A stretch of DNA of 64,000 nt, from contig CAVWBU010000041.1 in the NCBI GenBank assembly GCA_963753345.1, positions 128,001 to 192,000 of the forward strand, in the 5' to 3' direction. Under the pieces are notes generated by a model, which was not told where the DNA came from, made no database searches, and saw only the letters and a program-made list of their open reading frames with translations. Made by a program: the position numbers and the translations under genes. Shown piece after piece: positions 32,899 to 43,866 of the stretch (the first letter of the stretch is position 1; each line of letters begins with the position of its first letter). Source of the DNA: an uncultured Fibrobacterota bacterium (GTDB lineage: Bacteria; Fibrobacterota; Chitinivibrionia; Chitinivibrionales; FEN-1185).

Positions 32899-32929
32899 GA
32901 TTGCTTCGTCTCCGGCTCCTCCCAATGAC
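32899..32929 (+). repeat. REP-like element of the GATTGCTTCG...CAATGAC class
   Basis: GATTGCTTCGTCTCCGGCTCCTCCCAATGAC; recognised from recalled similarity to a widespread repeat class, single copy here. Confidence 0.5.
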
Positions 32930-33041
32930 ACTCTTCTCATTCTGCAATTAACAAGGCCGGCGCTGGAACCTGGAACTTTTCCATCCCGCCGGCCCTGAAC
33001 TAACACCACCCTACTCTACTGCAAACGCCATGCAGCGCGAG

Positions 33042-35145
33042 CTACCTCACATACCGCATGGTAATCATCTGGCGGGTCTGGCCTACCTGGAGCACGGCAA
33101 GATAGATGCCCGCCGACAGCCTGCGGCCGTTGTCGTCGGTGGCGTCCCAGCGCGCAACATAGTTACCGCCCATGGTCGCTTCGTTCACCAGCGTGCGGAC
33201 CAGCTTTCCCCGCGCGTCGAAGATCTTGATGGTCATCTGCTGCGGAACGGCAAGCGCCGGCACGCCATACCGGATCTGGGTCGCAGACGTAAACGGGTTG
33301 GGCAGGTTCGCTTGCAGCGTGACCCTGGTCGGGAGGCGCGCCGTCTTGTCAAGCATGTTCCTGTTCGCCGTGGGCTCGGTTACCAGGGCCGCGGTGTACT
33401 TGGTGATGATGGCGTATCGTATGCCAAGGTACTTCACCGCATTCACGAGCTCAGGCAGTTCACCGTAGATGCTGATTTCGTCAAGAAGGTAGTCGATCTT
33501 TGCCGACGCCCACATGCGCGGCACAAAGGGATGGTTCCCCGCGGGAGAAGGAAACGCAAGCGTCTGTTTGAGGATAAGCGAATCCGTGCCGCGCCTGCCG
33601 CGGAAGGTGATCGGATACTGTCCCGACGTGCGGTATCTGCCGAGCACCGAAAGCTGGGAGCCGGCGTACAGGCTGGGCAGCGGATTCGGGTACAGGTCGT
33701 ACGCAGAGATCCCGCCGCAGTCGATCGACAGGTCCCTGAGGACCGGGAACGAAATCTTGTTCATAAAGCTCTGCATGATGACGCTGATGCTGTCGTCGGC
33801 AAGGATCATGGTGGCAAAGCCGCTGTTCTGTTTCGCAAGAAGCGTGAGGAAGTCGGTGCCGACCTGGTCGCCGATGCCGAAGGTGAAAATCTCGACGCCC
33901 GTGGTGTTGTGTTTCGTCACCGTGTCGATAATGCTCGCGGGCGTGGAGCTGACGGGCCACGTGGGCTGGCCGTCGGTGAGGAACACGATGGCGTTCACCA
34001 TGGCGGCGTTCCAGCTGCTCTGCAGCGCGGTTTTCAGGGCGTCCTCGATGTCGGTGAGGCCCGCCTCGGAAAGCTGGTTGACAAACACATGCGCGGCCGC
34101 CTTGCCCGCGGAGTCGGCCGGCACAAGGTCGGGCGCGTAGGGTTTCACCGCGGTGGAAAACGCGACGATGTTGAAATAGTCGCCTGGATTGAGTTTGTCA
34201 ATCATGGCGTTGAGCGAGGCGCGCAGCTGGATGATCCTGGTGCCCGCCATCGAACTCGATATGTCGGCGACCAGCACGACGTTCTTGGCTATCGCCTTGG
34301 CGGTGTCGGGCGGCGTCACCCACAGAAGGAAATAGGGGTTGTCGCCCAGCGTGTCGAAGAACTGCATGGTATCGGGGTTCACCACGTAGGTGAGACGGTT
34401 CATGGAGAAGTCGGTGAGCGCGAGCGTGTACACCAGCTTCAGGTCTTTCTGGGAATATGCGTTCTCGTCCCCGAACGTCGCGGTATAATGGTTGTCGGTG
34501 AGCTTTGGTGATTGCAAGCTGAGGCGTGCCGCCATGCGACGGCGAAACCAGGGACAGGATCTGGTTCTGCGCGGTCAGATCAAAGGTAAGCGAGGCGCGG
34601 GTCACCGGTTTCGGAGAAAGGTTGACCGTCTTCATGAAGAACATGTACTGGACCTGCGCTGCATCGTAGGGCAGGAGCTCCGCGTAGGTTACTTCGATGC
34701 GTCGCTCGCACATGAGGTTGCCCACGGCCGCTATGGGATACACCGAGAGCTTGAATATGTTGTTCCCCATGTCCTGGAGGAGCGCAGGATCAATGGAGCG
34801 GCTCACAATCTGGTTATATATCTGCTGCGCGGTATCAGAGGACATGACTTTTGCGACCACGCGCTGGCCGTTTATCCAGAGCGCCAGCTCGGTGACGACC
34901 GCGTTCTCCGGGAGCGGGAACACGAAAACGCCTTCCATCGTCTGGTTTGTTTCGTTCTTGAACGTCTGATCAACGTGGGTCACGGCGATCTGGTCGGTCA
35001 CCTTCACGCTCACATCGTAGTTCTCCAGCCACAGCGGCACACCCGAATCGTTCGAGAATGCCCGGCGGGCATACAAAGCACCCACCGCGGACGCGGAGCC
35101 GGCACACACCAGCACGGCCATCAGCACGCATAAAAGTTTTTTCAT
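33042..35145 (-). CDS. Secreted VIT + VWA domain protein with a C-terminal FlgD/CTD-like domain; frameshift at ~34505
   Basis: VIT (QTFKN..EGVFVFPLP), MIDAS DISSSM and FLTDG, RMWASAKI, PNPF..IFDARGKLVRTL..WDATD..GIY. Confidence 0.88.
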
Positions 35146-35210
35146 CGGTCCCTCCCTGGGGAAAGTGATTTCGAAGGTGATAAAAGTTGACCCTTCCCTT
35201 TGCTGTATCT

Positions 35211-35239
35211 AATATACCGCCATATTTCGGCATGTGCAA
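35211..35239 (-). promoter_or_regulatory. Putative sigma70-type promoter of the VIT/VWA gene
   Basis: TTGCAC-17 bp-TATATT about 65 bp upstream of the ATG. Confidence 0.55.
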
Positions 35240-35310
35240 GGGGGAGTGAAAGAAAGTGTTTTCTGGCAGAAAACTTTGGGGGTTGGAGAGGAAGAAATCA
35301 AGGAAAAAAC

Positions 35311-35453
35311 TTGGGCGTTCCCCTCGCTGTGCTCGGGGTCGGTCTCCTTCCGGGCTCGGCTATTCGCCTCGTTGCCGCCTGCCACAAGGGCCCTTCGGGC
35401 CGTGGTCAGGCGGCAATCCCGCTATGGCGGGACCGCTCCAGTCCCCCTAACGC
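35311..35453 (+). repeat. Structured repeat family A, copy A5
   Basis: TTGGGCGTT-CCCC..GGGG-TCGG..GGCCCTTCGGGCC..TCCCGCTATGGCGGGA..CCTAACGC; tail ACGCCAATCGGTATC..CAATAAATCA is shared with A3. Confidence 0.9.
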
Positions 35454-35589
35454 GCGGCAAAGGAGATTTATTCAGTCACTTTTCTTTTCTGACGCCAATC
35501 GGTATCCGCAATAAATCACTCAGGGTTTCTTATTCGCATATTCAACTTCTCAACTCCTCAACTACTAAACCTCTCAACCAATCTCCGTG

Positions 35590-35738
35590 GGTGCCCCCAC
35601 ACAGGTGTTTGATTTTCGCAACTGCTTCCACTTGGGGTGCACCCTGGAGGGGGTAGCGGAGGACCGGCCGCATTGTTGTAGGCTTGGACAATTGGATACC
35701 GCGGCCGGGCCGGAGCGAGGGGGAAACTTCCCCCCATG
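35590..35738 (+). repeat. Structured repeat family B, copy B3
   Basis: GGTGCCCCC-33nt-TTGGGGTGCACC-CTGGAGGGGGTAGCGGAGGACCGG..CCGGGCCGGAGCGAGGGGGAAACTTCCCCCCATG. Confidence 0.88.
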
Positions 35739-35766
35739 TAAAGTCTTCTTCTTGTAAACCCGGGGA

Positions 35767-37543
35767 TTATCTTACCAGCAGAATTGACTTGCAAACATTT
35801 GACCCATCGGAGAACAAACACCTCGCATATACAATTCCCGACGCGCCGGCATGGCGCGCGACAAGGCTTGTTTGGTTTCCGACAGGCAGGGTTTCGAGCA
35901 TCTGTCCGGCAACATCGTACAGCGAAATGCGCGTGAGCCTGTTGCGCCCAGCCTGCCGGACGAAAAACACCAGGGAGCCGTTGACGAACCTGTGGGTTAT
36001 TGAACCGTTTTCATTGCCGGGGAAAGCAAGCGGACCGCTTGCCACCGTAGCCATGTTGTAGTACAGGATGCTCAGAATGTCGGTCCCCGCCTTTATGGTG
36101 AGCATGTCGGGATTTGAGTAATTGAGCGCCCAGGCGTGGGTTGCGACAAAGGGATAATCCACCCGCATGCACCTGAACACAGGGCACGAAAGGTCTCTTT
36201 CGCAAAGCTCGCACTGCGCCGACACCTGCACCGAGCTGGAACTCAGAGAAAGGGAAATCACGCCGGATTTGAGCCGCAGTGAATCCACCATGCACTGGGA
36301 ATCGGGCGGCAGTGAGCCGATGGTGTACTTCCCATCGCTCTTCAGATTGTAGTTCGTGCCGTTTCTTGTAAGGGTGATCGTCACGTCAGTGTAGCTTCCG
36401 TCAATGTCGCTCAGCACGATGGAATAGACGGAAGTCCCGTTTCCGTTATAGATGAACGGCGATCGGTTGACCGAATCCTTGAGCGCGGACGGAACCGTCG
36501 CGGCGATGCTCGAAGGATTGAGACGGTACGTGGCCGCGGTCCTGTTCCACTGGTTGTCGAGCAATTCCACGCCGGACCCGTCCCACCGGTTGATGAAATT
36601 TGCGAACCGGTAGTCGGCCGTGCCGATGGGACGGTAGACCCACGTGGTCCCGACCCGGTCCACAAACGTCCCCTGCCTGCCCGCGGCGCCGCGCGGGGAG
36701 ATAAAGGTTATGGCCTGGGTGACGGGCGCGTTGTCGTAAGTGTACTTTGCGCCGAGAAACTTGTAAATGGCGCCGCTTGACGTTCCGGCAAAGCCGCCAT
36801 TGACGCACAGCACGGTGTCGGTAACGCCCGTGCCCAAATCATAATTGGTCTCGGCCCATGCGCCGGGGCCGATGCGGAAATACCGCAGGAGCCCGTTCGA
36901 TCCCAGGAGCCATACCGCGGTGTCGGTCTGGGCGGTTGAATCGTGCGCGCCCTGTATCCGGAACACTTCCTCGCCCGCCAGAAGGTTTGCCGGCTTGAGC
37001 GTGTCCGCGTGGAGCACGGCGAGCGTTGTCGTGGAGAGGCTGACGGCCAGGATGTTCTTCTGGCTGGTCTTGACAAGAAGCTTAACGCTGTCGCCGCCGT
37101 ACACCGGGTTTTTCACAAGGTATACCGGCGAGTTCGCGGAAAGCGTGATGCCGCTCAGCGTTATTGCCGCGGGATCGAAGTAGTCGAGGAAGCAGCTCGT
37201 GCACAGCGGCTTGGGCTGCGGGCACTGGTACTGGGTCTTCATGAGGTACAGGCCGCCTGTGCCGGAAGTAAACACCGCCACCGCCGACGCGGCCGGGCCG
37301 CAGATGTCGTACTGCGCGGGCTTGAGTCCGAGCTCCGCACATCGTGTCGGGAATGGTTATGGTGACGCTGTCGTACGTCGCCTTGCCCCAGTTCCTGTTT
37401 GCAAACGCAGGATGCAGGTACACGTACCCGTTGCTGTCCGGATCGCATTGCGGGAAAGCGGACGCGGCAAGCAAGAGCACTCCAACGGCTGCGCATGCGC
37501 AATGCAGCAGAAGGACTCTCTTTTGTGTACTTGCCCGCCTCAT
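35767..37543 (-). CDS. Secreted Cys-containing hypothetical protein with a C-terminal CTD-like domain; frameshift at ~37340
   Basis: Signal peptide (..LLLAASAFP) in ORF 37082..37567 continues in ORF 35767..37281; tail ISLYDVAGQML..GIVYAR. Start uncertain (37543 or 37567). Confidence 0.65.
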
Positions 37544-37595
37544 TTCAGATACTCCTGAGTTGGCCATGATGAATGCCGTTTGCCGTCACCATACG

Positions 37596-40352
37596 CTACG
37601 GATAAAAGATCAGAACGGATTTTGTTTCCTTGTTGCCCCCGGTTCCGCCTTCCACGCCGCCAATGACGTAGATGAGATCATTCCACGAAGCTGCGGCGCA
37701 GCCGTACCGCGAGTTGGGCAGGTTCTGGCGGACCGTCCACGTATTGAGAACCGGATCGAATTCTTCCACCGACGTGAGGGCCGTGTCGCCCTGATCTGTT
37801 GAAAAAAGCCCGCCGATCGCGTAAATCTTGCCCTTTGCGGTTGCAGCGGCAAACGACAACCGAGCCGTTGTGAGAGGCGTGGCGGTACCAATGCTGTTGG
37901 TTGACGGATCGTACACTTCAACGCTTTTAAGCGGCGCGCAGTCGCTCTGGTTTGAAGATCCTCCAAGACCTCCGATGATGTAAATCTTACCGTTAAGCGC
38001 AACTGCCTGAGGATCGCTGCGTGCCACGTTCAGCGAACATTTCGGCGTCAGGGTTCCGGTCGCCGGGTCCCATGCGTCTATCTGCGAGGAGACCACAAAA
38101 CTCTGACCCGAATACACCAGGCCGCCAATCAGGTACACGGTATCGCCCATGGCGCACGCTGCGGCGTCGTAGCGGTATGCCGGCATCTGGCCTGCCGAAC
38201 CCCACATGCCGCTGGAAATTCCAAACGAATCAACGGACTGAAAATATTCCCGCCCGTTGGTTCCTCCGAACGAATAAATCGCATTTTTTGCGGGTGCAAT
38301 CGCCGCATAAAAGCGGGCGCTGGGAAGAGGCGTAGCAAGCGTCCAGGTTCCGTTTCCGCCGGCTGCATTATATGTTTCCACGGTGCTGTACGAGGTGATG
38401 GTGGCGCCGATTCCGGTGTTGAGGCTCGCCTCGCCTCCCATGGCATAGATAATGCCGTTGACCGCCACCGCAGACAAAAGTCTGCGCGCCTTTGACAAAG
38501 AATCAATGTACGACCAGACATTGACGGGCGTTACGGTCACATTCCACGCAATCGTGTCGGCGCCGCCGAAGCCGTCGGTCACCTGGATCACAATGTGTTT
38601 TCTTCCGGTGTCGGCGACCGCGGGCGTCCAGGACAGCGTGGAGTCGGCAATTGACAGGCCGGAAATCTGGGAAAGTTGGTTGAATCTCAGGGTGTCCTTG
38701 TTGACGTCTGCGACTGCAAGTTTCTGGACGTACGCCGCGCCCACATTTGCCGATTTCTGGATCGCGGCCGTGTCGGTGAGAAAACGCGGAGGCGTGTTTA
38801 TTATTCCCCCGGAACCCATGCCGCCGGGAAGCGAAGGAAAAATCGCATACACGATAACATTGTATTTTTTGATTCCGTTTTTCCATGTTGCGATGGTGTA
38901 CACGGTGTCGGCAACGGAGGGAATGGTTGCGATGGAAGAGAAGATGTCCGTTCCGCCGCCGATGGAATCGGCCGCATAGAGCTGGTACTGTGAAAACGCG
39001 GGGTCGGTTGATTTGTGCCAGATTACCGTCACCGTGCTGTCGGTGGATTTTACGGCAATGACGTTTACCGGAGCGGGCTGGATGTGGACCGCCAAGCTGT
39101 CCCTCCATGTCATGCCGCGGTCGTCAAGGGCATAAACATAAACTTCCTTCACGCCGGCATTGTTCCAAATCCAGGAAAGCGTATCGCTTCCCCGCAATGC
39201 ATCAACGGCCGATTTCTTCATGAACGTCGAATCCGGGGCCTTTGCAAACCAGAAAAGGGTGTCGGTCCGGGTTATGGCGCTCTGGAACGTGGCGGCGATT
39301 TTCACCGTGTCGCCTGCGCTGGCCGTGACAATAGTCGGGCTCACCCTTGACAGTTGTATAACGGGACGCACGTACGACGGCGGCACGGTGTGGATGGAAT
39401 CTTGCAACGAAAACGCGCTCGGATTCGTTCCGTTGTCGAGGGCTTTAACCGCATAAAAATAGTTGTGTTCGGAAGCATCGAGCACGTTCCGGTACACGGA
39501 GTCGACGAAAAACGTGTCTTTCACCGTGTCAAGCGCTGTATAGCCGGCGGAGACGGAGTCCTTTCTGCCGACAATATACCCGTAAAGATCCGAGACACGC
39601 ACGCTGGTCCACGATAGCTTGACAACGCCGGAAACCGTGTCTGCGACAAGTGAAAGTCCGACGGGCGCCGGCGGGTCGCCCGCGGGATCGAGGGACAGGA
39701 CCTTGTCCGGGAGCACGGTTGTCTGCCCCGACGCCACGTTCACCGGTGAATCGATGCCCGTGAGGTAGCCTTGCGCGGAGAAATAAACCTTGTAATTGGT
39801 ATCCTCCGGAACATTCGAAATAACGTATCCTCCGGTGTCGTTGGCTATTGCCATGAATGATGTGCCGGGAATAAAGCAGAACACCGGCGCTGTGGAGGAG
39901 CTTCCAAGGGTGACTTTCCCGGCGATGTTGCCGGGAGCCTTCATGGTGATCTGGCCCAGCTTGATCTGGTAAATCTCGGAATAATTTTTGGGGATGTCGT
40001 TCTTGATATCGGAGACGAATGCCACCAGCGCCTTGCCATTTGCTTTGCAAATGAGATTGTAAGTGCCGCCCCTGAACTGGGAATCGATGAAAACGGAGAA
40101 ATTGCCGTGAGCATCGCTGGTATCGGTACCGCGAAGAGTTGCCGTGGAATCGGCCGCGCCCGTGGAATCTGAAATGAGGGTATCGAGCTTGACAATTGCA
40201 CCCGAGACTTCGTGTCCGCTTTGGTCGACAAGCACGCCCACCACTTCGGAACCCGATCCGCCGACGTTGGCGACGGGCTGCTTTGTGCAATACAATACCA
40301 CGGCCGCAAGGCTGCACAGGAGTACCGCTACCAAAACACGTGAGCGCGTCAT
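37596..40352 (-). CDS. Lipoprotein with carboxypeptidase-regulatory-like, Fn3, Ig and six Kelch repeats
   Basis: VLYC lipobox-like site followed by GGSGSE; IPGTSF motif; repeated IYAxGG...SVExYDP...W Kelch units. Confidence 0.85.
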   Translation of the reverse strand: MTRSRVLVAVLLCSLAAVVLYCTKQPVANVGGSGSEVVGVLVDQSGHEVSGAIVKLDTLISDSTGAADSTATLRGTDTSDAHGNFSVFIDSQFRGGTYNLICKANGKALVAFVSDIKNDIPKNYSEIYQIKLGQITMKAPGNIAGKVTLGSSSTAPVFCFIPGTSFMAIANDTGGYVISNVPEDTNYKVYFSAQGYLTGIDSPVNVASGQTTVLPDKVLSLDPAGDPPAPVGLSLVADTVSGVVKLSWTSVRVSDLYGYIVGRKDSVSAGYTALDTVKDTFFVDSVYRNVLDASEHNYFYAVKALDNGTNPSAFSLQDSIHTVPPSYVRPVIQLSRVSPTIVTASAGDTVKIAATFQSAITRTDTLFWFAKAPDSTFMKKSAVDALRGSDTLSWIWNNAGVKEVYVYALDDRGMTWRDSLAVHIQPAPVNVIAVKSTDSTVTVIWHKSTDPAFSQYQLYAADSIGGGTDIFSSIATIPSVADTVYTIATWKNGIKKYNVIVYAIFPSLPGGMGSGGIINTPPRFLTDTAAIQKSANVGAAYVQKLAVADVNKDTLRFNQLSQISGLSIADSTLSWTPAVADTGRKHIVIQVTDGFGGADTIAWNVTVTPVNVWSYIDSLSKARRLLSAVAVNGIIYAMGGEASLNTGIGATITSYSTVETYNAAGGNGTWTLATPLPSARFYAAIAPAKNAIYSFGGTNGREYFQSVDSFGISSGMWGSAGQMPAYRYDAAACAMGDTVYLIGGLVYSGQSFVVSSQIDAWDPATGTLTPKCSLNVARSDPQAVALNGKIYIIGGLGGSSNQSDCAPLKSVEVYDPSTNSIGTATPLTTARLSFAAATAKGKIYAIGGLFSTDQGDTALTSVEEFDPVLNTWTVRQNLPNSRYGCAAASWNDLIYVIGGVEGGTGGNKETKSVLIFYP

Positions 40353-40359
40353 ATCGTTC

Positions 40360-41196
40360 TTACTGCGGCTTTGGTACGACGACCGGATTGGACATTGGAA
40401 AAACATGGAAATTTATATGGTACACCCTGTCGATGTCCTTGTCGGAACGGACGATTTCGAGAATCTCCCGCCTGAACCGCTTGAGCCGCTCCTCGATCTG
40501 CGCGTACCCTTCAGCCGAGCAGCTGAACGTGAGCGACGACATGCTCCGGCGCTCGCGCGGATACCGGTCGATTGCCTGGCGCGCGAGCTCGGTGGTCGAA
40601 ATCAGAAAGTTGGTAATCGCCAGGGATTTTGCATCGTATCCCGTGGTGATGATATCGTCGACCAGCCGGTAGTACCCGCGTTCGTTTTTCTTGACAAATC
40701 CCATCTCTTCGAGCAGCGCCACCGCTTTTTTCGCTTCGGCCGGCGTGATGGCGGGCGACACCTTCTTCGCAAGCTCGGCGAAATTGCCGTCGAACCTGTA
40801 GAAGTTGAGCACCTCGCGCACCGCGGTGTAATACCACTTGCTGTAGAACTCGTAGTGCTGCGCGTCGGTGACTTTTACCTTCGACTTCTTCGACGCGAGG
40901 ATCTTTTCAAAATAATACTTCTTCTGGTCGTGGTTCTTTGCCTGGTCGAACATGACCAGCAGTTCGAAATACTCGGTCTCCGCGTGCTTCATCTTGAAAA
41001 GCTGCGCAAACTTAAATATAAATTCCGACGAGATGTTCCGCTTTCTCTGAACAACGTTGATGAAGAACCCTGCCGAACTGAACCCCACTTTCTGGGCCAT
41101 GTAGCGGTACGAAAAGAAAGAAAATTCCTTCTTCCTGTCTTCATACAGATCGTTGAGCAGTTTCCGGTAGTCGATGTACTCGTAAATGTCTATCAT
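40360..41196 (-). CDS. TIGR02147 / DUF4423 family protein (Fibrobacterota paralogous family, N-terminal HTH-like region)
   Basis: IYEYIDYRKLL, FSYRYMAQKVGFSS, YFELLVMF, WYYTAVRE, AIDRYPRERR, VYHINFHVFP. Confidence 0.9.
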   Translation of the reverse strand: MIDIYEYIDYRKLLNDLYEDRKKEFSFFSYRYMAQKVGFSSAGFFINVVQRKRNISSEFIFKFAQLFKMKHAETEYFELLVMFDQAKNHDQKKYYFEKILASKKSKVKVTDAQHYEFYSKWYYTAVREVLNFYRFDGNFAELAKKVSPAITPAEAKKAVALLEEMGFVKKNERGYYRLVDDIITTGYDAKSLAITNFLISTTELARQAIDRYPRERRSMSSLTFSCSAEGYAQIEERLKRFRREILEIVRSDKDIDRVYHINFHVFPMSNPVVVPKPQ

Positions 41197-41241
41197 GACG
41201 TACTCTAATCCTTCCAGAGGTCGGGTCGGCCTCTGATGCAA

Positions 41242-41270
41242 AATATACAGTAAACAAAAACCCTATTCAA
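41242..41270 (-). promoter_or_regulatory. Putative sigma70-type promoter of the TIGR02147 operon
   Basis: TTGAAT-17 bp-TATATT about 45 bp upstream of the ATG. Confidence 0.55.
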
Positions 41271-41444
41271 GTGATTTCGACAGAAAGCGTTTTCCTGTAG
41301 AAAACTTTGTCTGAGAGCAATCTTTGTAACTGGTTGTTTTATATGATGATTCAACCTAACTCGGCGATGCACGTTCTGCCATGATCTGGTTCATGAATGC
41401 CGGTAATTCGATCGCGGGAATTCTGGAAGAATCTTCAAATTGAC

Positions 41445-41479
41445 AAATAAAAAAGCCCCGCGCTCTTGCGCAGGGCCTT
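41445..41479 (-). terminator. Intrinsic terminator
   Basis: Minus strand GGCCCTGCGC-AAGA-GCGCGGGGCT-TTTTTATTT after the 41538 gene. Confidence 0.75.
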
Positions 41480-41537
41480 GCAAAACACCGCTTTCGAATC
41501 AAGCCCCGGCCTGGGGAACCCAAGCCGGATGTTGTTT

Positions 41538-43154
41538 CTACTTTGCCAACTTCTTTGCCAACTTCTTGGCAGCAGGAGTGGCAGTCGCCGGCAAGGTCCA
41601 GTAGATGTTATCCATTACCACAGTCTCTCCGGCAACATAGGGCGCCAGGTTAACTCCAAGGAAATAGTCAACATTACTCAAGTCGCATGTCGCGGCCCAC
41701 GCGGACAACGGTATGGCAATGTCGTGCCACACACCGTCAGCTGCATAACCATAGGTTGAAGCGTTCACCCATGTCTGACCAGTATGGGCAAGATTTTCCA
41801 CCAGCAGGGCCACGTCTTGCGCGGAGCTGCTCTTTATCGACACGTGAAGCGTGCAGGCCGCATACGCCGTCATGTCCATGCTCGATAAAGTGCCGCTTCC
41901 GGCAGCAGTGACTGCCGCCCATCCAAATCCTCCCCACGTAGCACCTGATCCCGTGACCGCAACCGCTGGCGTCACGCCGTCTTCTCCCATTGAGTCGGTT
42001 TGATCAATCGTAACGCCGCCACCCGCACCCGTCCACGGGATGAGCTGGAGAATGAGATTGGGACTTAAGGTAGTGGCATCGGTGTAATGCGAGCCCAGGA
42101 GTCCGAATGCCGGCACCTGCGTCGAATACCAGTTCACCGTGCCGCTCTTGGTTTCGTTCATCACGGGGTCGACGTATGAAACCGTAACCATGTCGCTGTC
42201 CTTGACTCCGACCGCTGTTGCAGTCGCGGCGCCAAGGGTGAAACCGACCGTGCCGGTGAATATCGAGGGTGTGGCGGCCATCGCGGTAAGAGTGATGGCG
42301 ACAGTGTCACCCGCCTTGGCACTGCTTACATCCACAACGAGCGTCGCTGCGGAGGTGTGGTCGTTCGTGAGGGAAATTGCTATTTGGTCCGCTGTTCCGT
42401 GGTAGTCGGCGGAGTCGAACGCAAATACGACCGAGGTCGCCAGCCACTGGGCGGAAGCGGAAGTCACGACACTGGGAGTCACCAGACTGGAGTACGTTAC
42501 AGTGACTGAGTCGGTGTTTTTTACGTGGACCGTGTCTTTGCTTGTTATGGCGGTGCTTGCGGTGAAGTACACACTGCCGGTGTACTGACCATAGACGCCG
42601 GAATTCGTAAGCGTCACCGGGAACGGCGTAGGATAAGAAGTGCTCATGACATTGACCGTGGCAGTCTGGCTGGAGATGTTTGGATCGGTAAGCGTAATCA
42701 TCATCGGCGTCGTGATGCCCTGGTACGAAGGATGGTCAAGAGCGACGGTCATTGCCCCGGCTTTCCAGATAATGGTCTGCGTCCGGGTCCCAGCGGGCTT
42801 GGCATCCTTGTACGTAACCGTTACTATGCAGTTCTGATTCACCTGGATCGTGGTGCCCGCTGCAGATGCGGCGGTGGAGAATCCGAGTGCTGCTTTGTAA
42901 ACGCCGCTCTTTCCCGTGAGCAGGACGTTTATGCCAACAGGATCGGCGGTGCTGGTCACCTTGACGGTCTGTGTGTCGGCGCCAAGATCCGCGTCCTTGA
43001 GGGTGATGGTGTCAACACCAGCCGTGCCCATGACCAGAGTGTCATTCATAATGATCTTGCCTTCCGTCCCTTTTGGCTCTGTTCCGCAGCCCGTGGAAAG
43101 GAGAGCGGCAAGTATTGCACTCGCGCCAAGAACTGAAAACAGTACTTTTTTCAT
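41538..43154 (-). CDS. Lipoprotein with three Ig-like repeats and a C-terminal CBM-like (galactose-binding fold) domain
   Basis: Lipobox LSTGC; three repeats ending VTVxYxD-like; WGGFGW...WHDIAIPLSAW...DNIYW; tail AKKLAKKLAK. Confidence 0.7.
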   Translation of the reverse strand: MKKVLFSVLGASAILAALLSTGCGTEPKGTEGKIIMNDTLVMGTAGVDTITLKDADLGADTQTVKVTSTADPVGINVLLTGKSGVYKAALGFSTAASAAGTTIQVNQNCIVTVTYKDAKPAGTRTQTIIWKAGAMTVALDHPSYQGITTPMMITLTDPNISSQTATVNVMSTSYPTPFPVTLTNSGVYGQYTGSVYFTASTAITSKDTVHVKNTDSVTVTYSSLVTPSVVTSASAQWLATSVVFAFDSADYHGTADQIAISLTNDHTSAATLVVDVSSAKAGDTVAITLTAMAATPSIFTGTVGFTLGAATATAVGVKDSDMVTVSYVDPVMNETKSGTVNWYSTQVPAFGLLGSHYTDATTLSPNLILQLIPWTGAGGGVTIDQTDSMGEDGVTPAVAVTGSGATWGGFGWAAVTAAGSGTLSSMDMTAYAACTLHVSIKSSSAQDVALLVENLAHTGQTWVNASTYGYAADGVWHDIAIPLSAWAATCDLSNVDYFLGVNLAPYVAGETVVMDNIYWTLPATATPAAKKLAKKLAK

Positions 43155-43866
43155 CTTTTCTTCCCCTTGATTAAGAATGTTATTGTTTGACGGTTAAAAA
43201 ACCAAAAGTGTAATCACGTGATACCAGCGCGGGCTTTTACCTCCCACCACCCCCTTCTTCCAACAGTTTCCCCCGGCAGAAGCTGTAATCTGGGCTTGAT
43301 TGTTTGATCAATATATTTTGTTTGGTACAAAGAATGAAATCGGAATTTTTGAGGACCCCTCTTCGTCGCAGCACGTTTTAAGCCCACCTCCGGAGAATCC
43401 ATTCCACTACGTTTTAGCAGGTTTCTAATATATGTAGGTTAAGTTGGCTTAAGCAAGAAGAAAAAACTTCCTTTCCGGAAGGTCGCCCTGGTCGCGATTA
43501 TTGCGGGCTGCGCCGAACCTCAGCCTCCTTGAACGAGTGTCCGGTTGATATTCAATCCGTTCCGTCCCCGCTAAAAACCCGGCAATCGCCGTATACAGCT
43601 TGTATACACTTTTTCCCCAGCGGCAGCGGATCCGATTTCAGAAGATTCCCTTCCCCGTGGCCGGTCTCAAAGGTACCGCCAAAAAAAAAATAGAACCTGT
43701 CGTATATTTCCTTCAAGTATGCGATTTTTTTTGTATATTATAAGTTGGTGTATCGGGGGGCATACTTTTATCCCTAATTATGAAGGAGGGCTATGAAGTA
43801 ATCCACCGCACGCTTTGTGATGTTCCGCAGGAAAATAATCATACTTATTCCAGGAGGTTTGTTTCT

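Noticed and set aside
33030-34511. Long antisense ORFs (e.g. 33030..34511, 58294..59694, 1876..2934, 40144..41208)
   Set aside because: They are shadows of well-supported genes on the opposite strand in GC-rich DNA and have no recognisable motifs.
43155-43866. Known riboswitch or sRNA in the long divergent intergenic region
   Set aside because: No recognisable c-di-GMP, TPP, cobalamin or SAM consensus by eye; only promoter-like elements. An Rfam scan is needed to exclude it.
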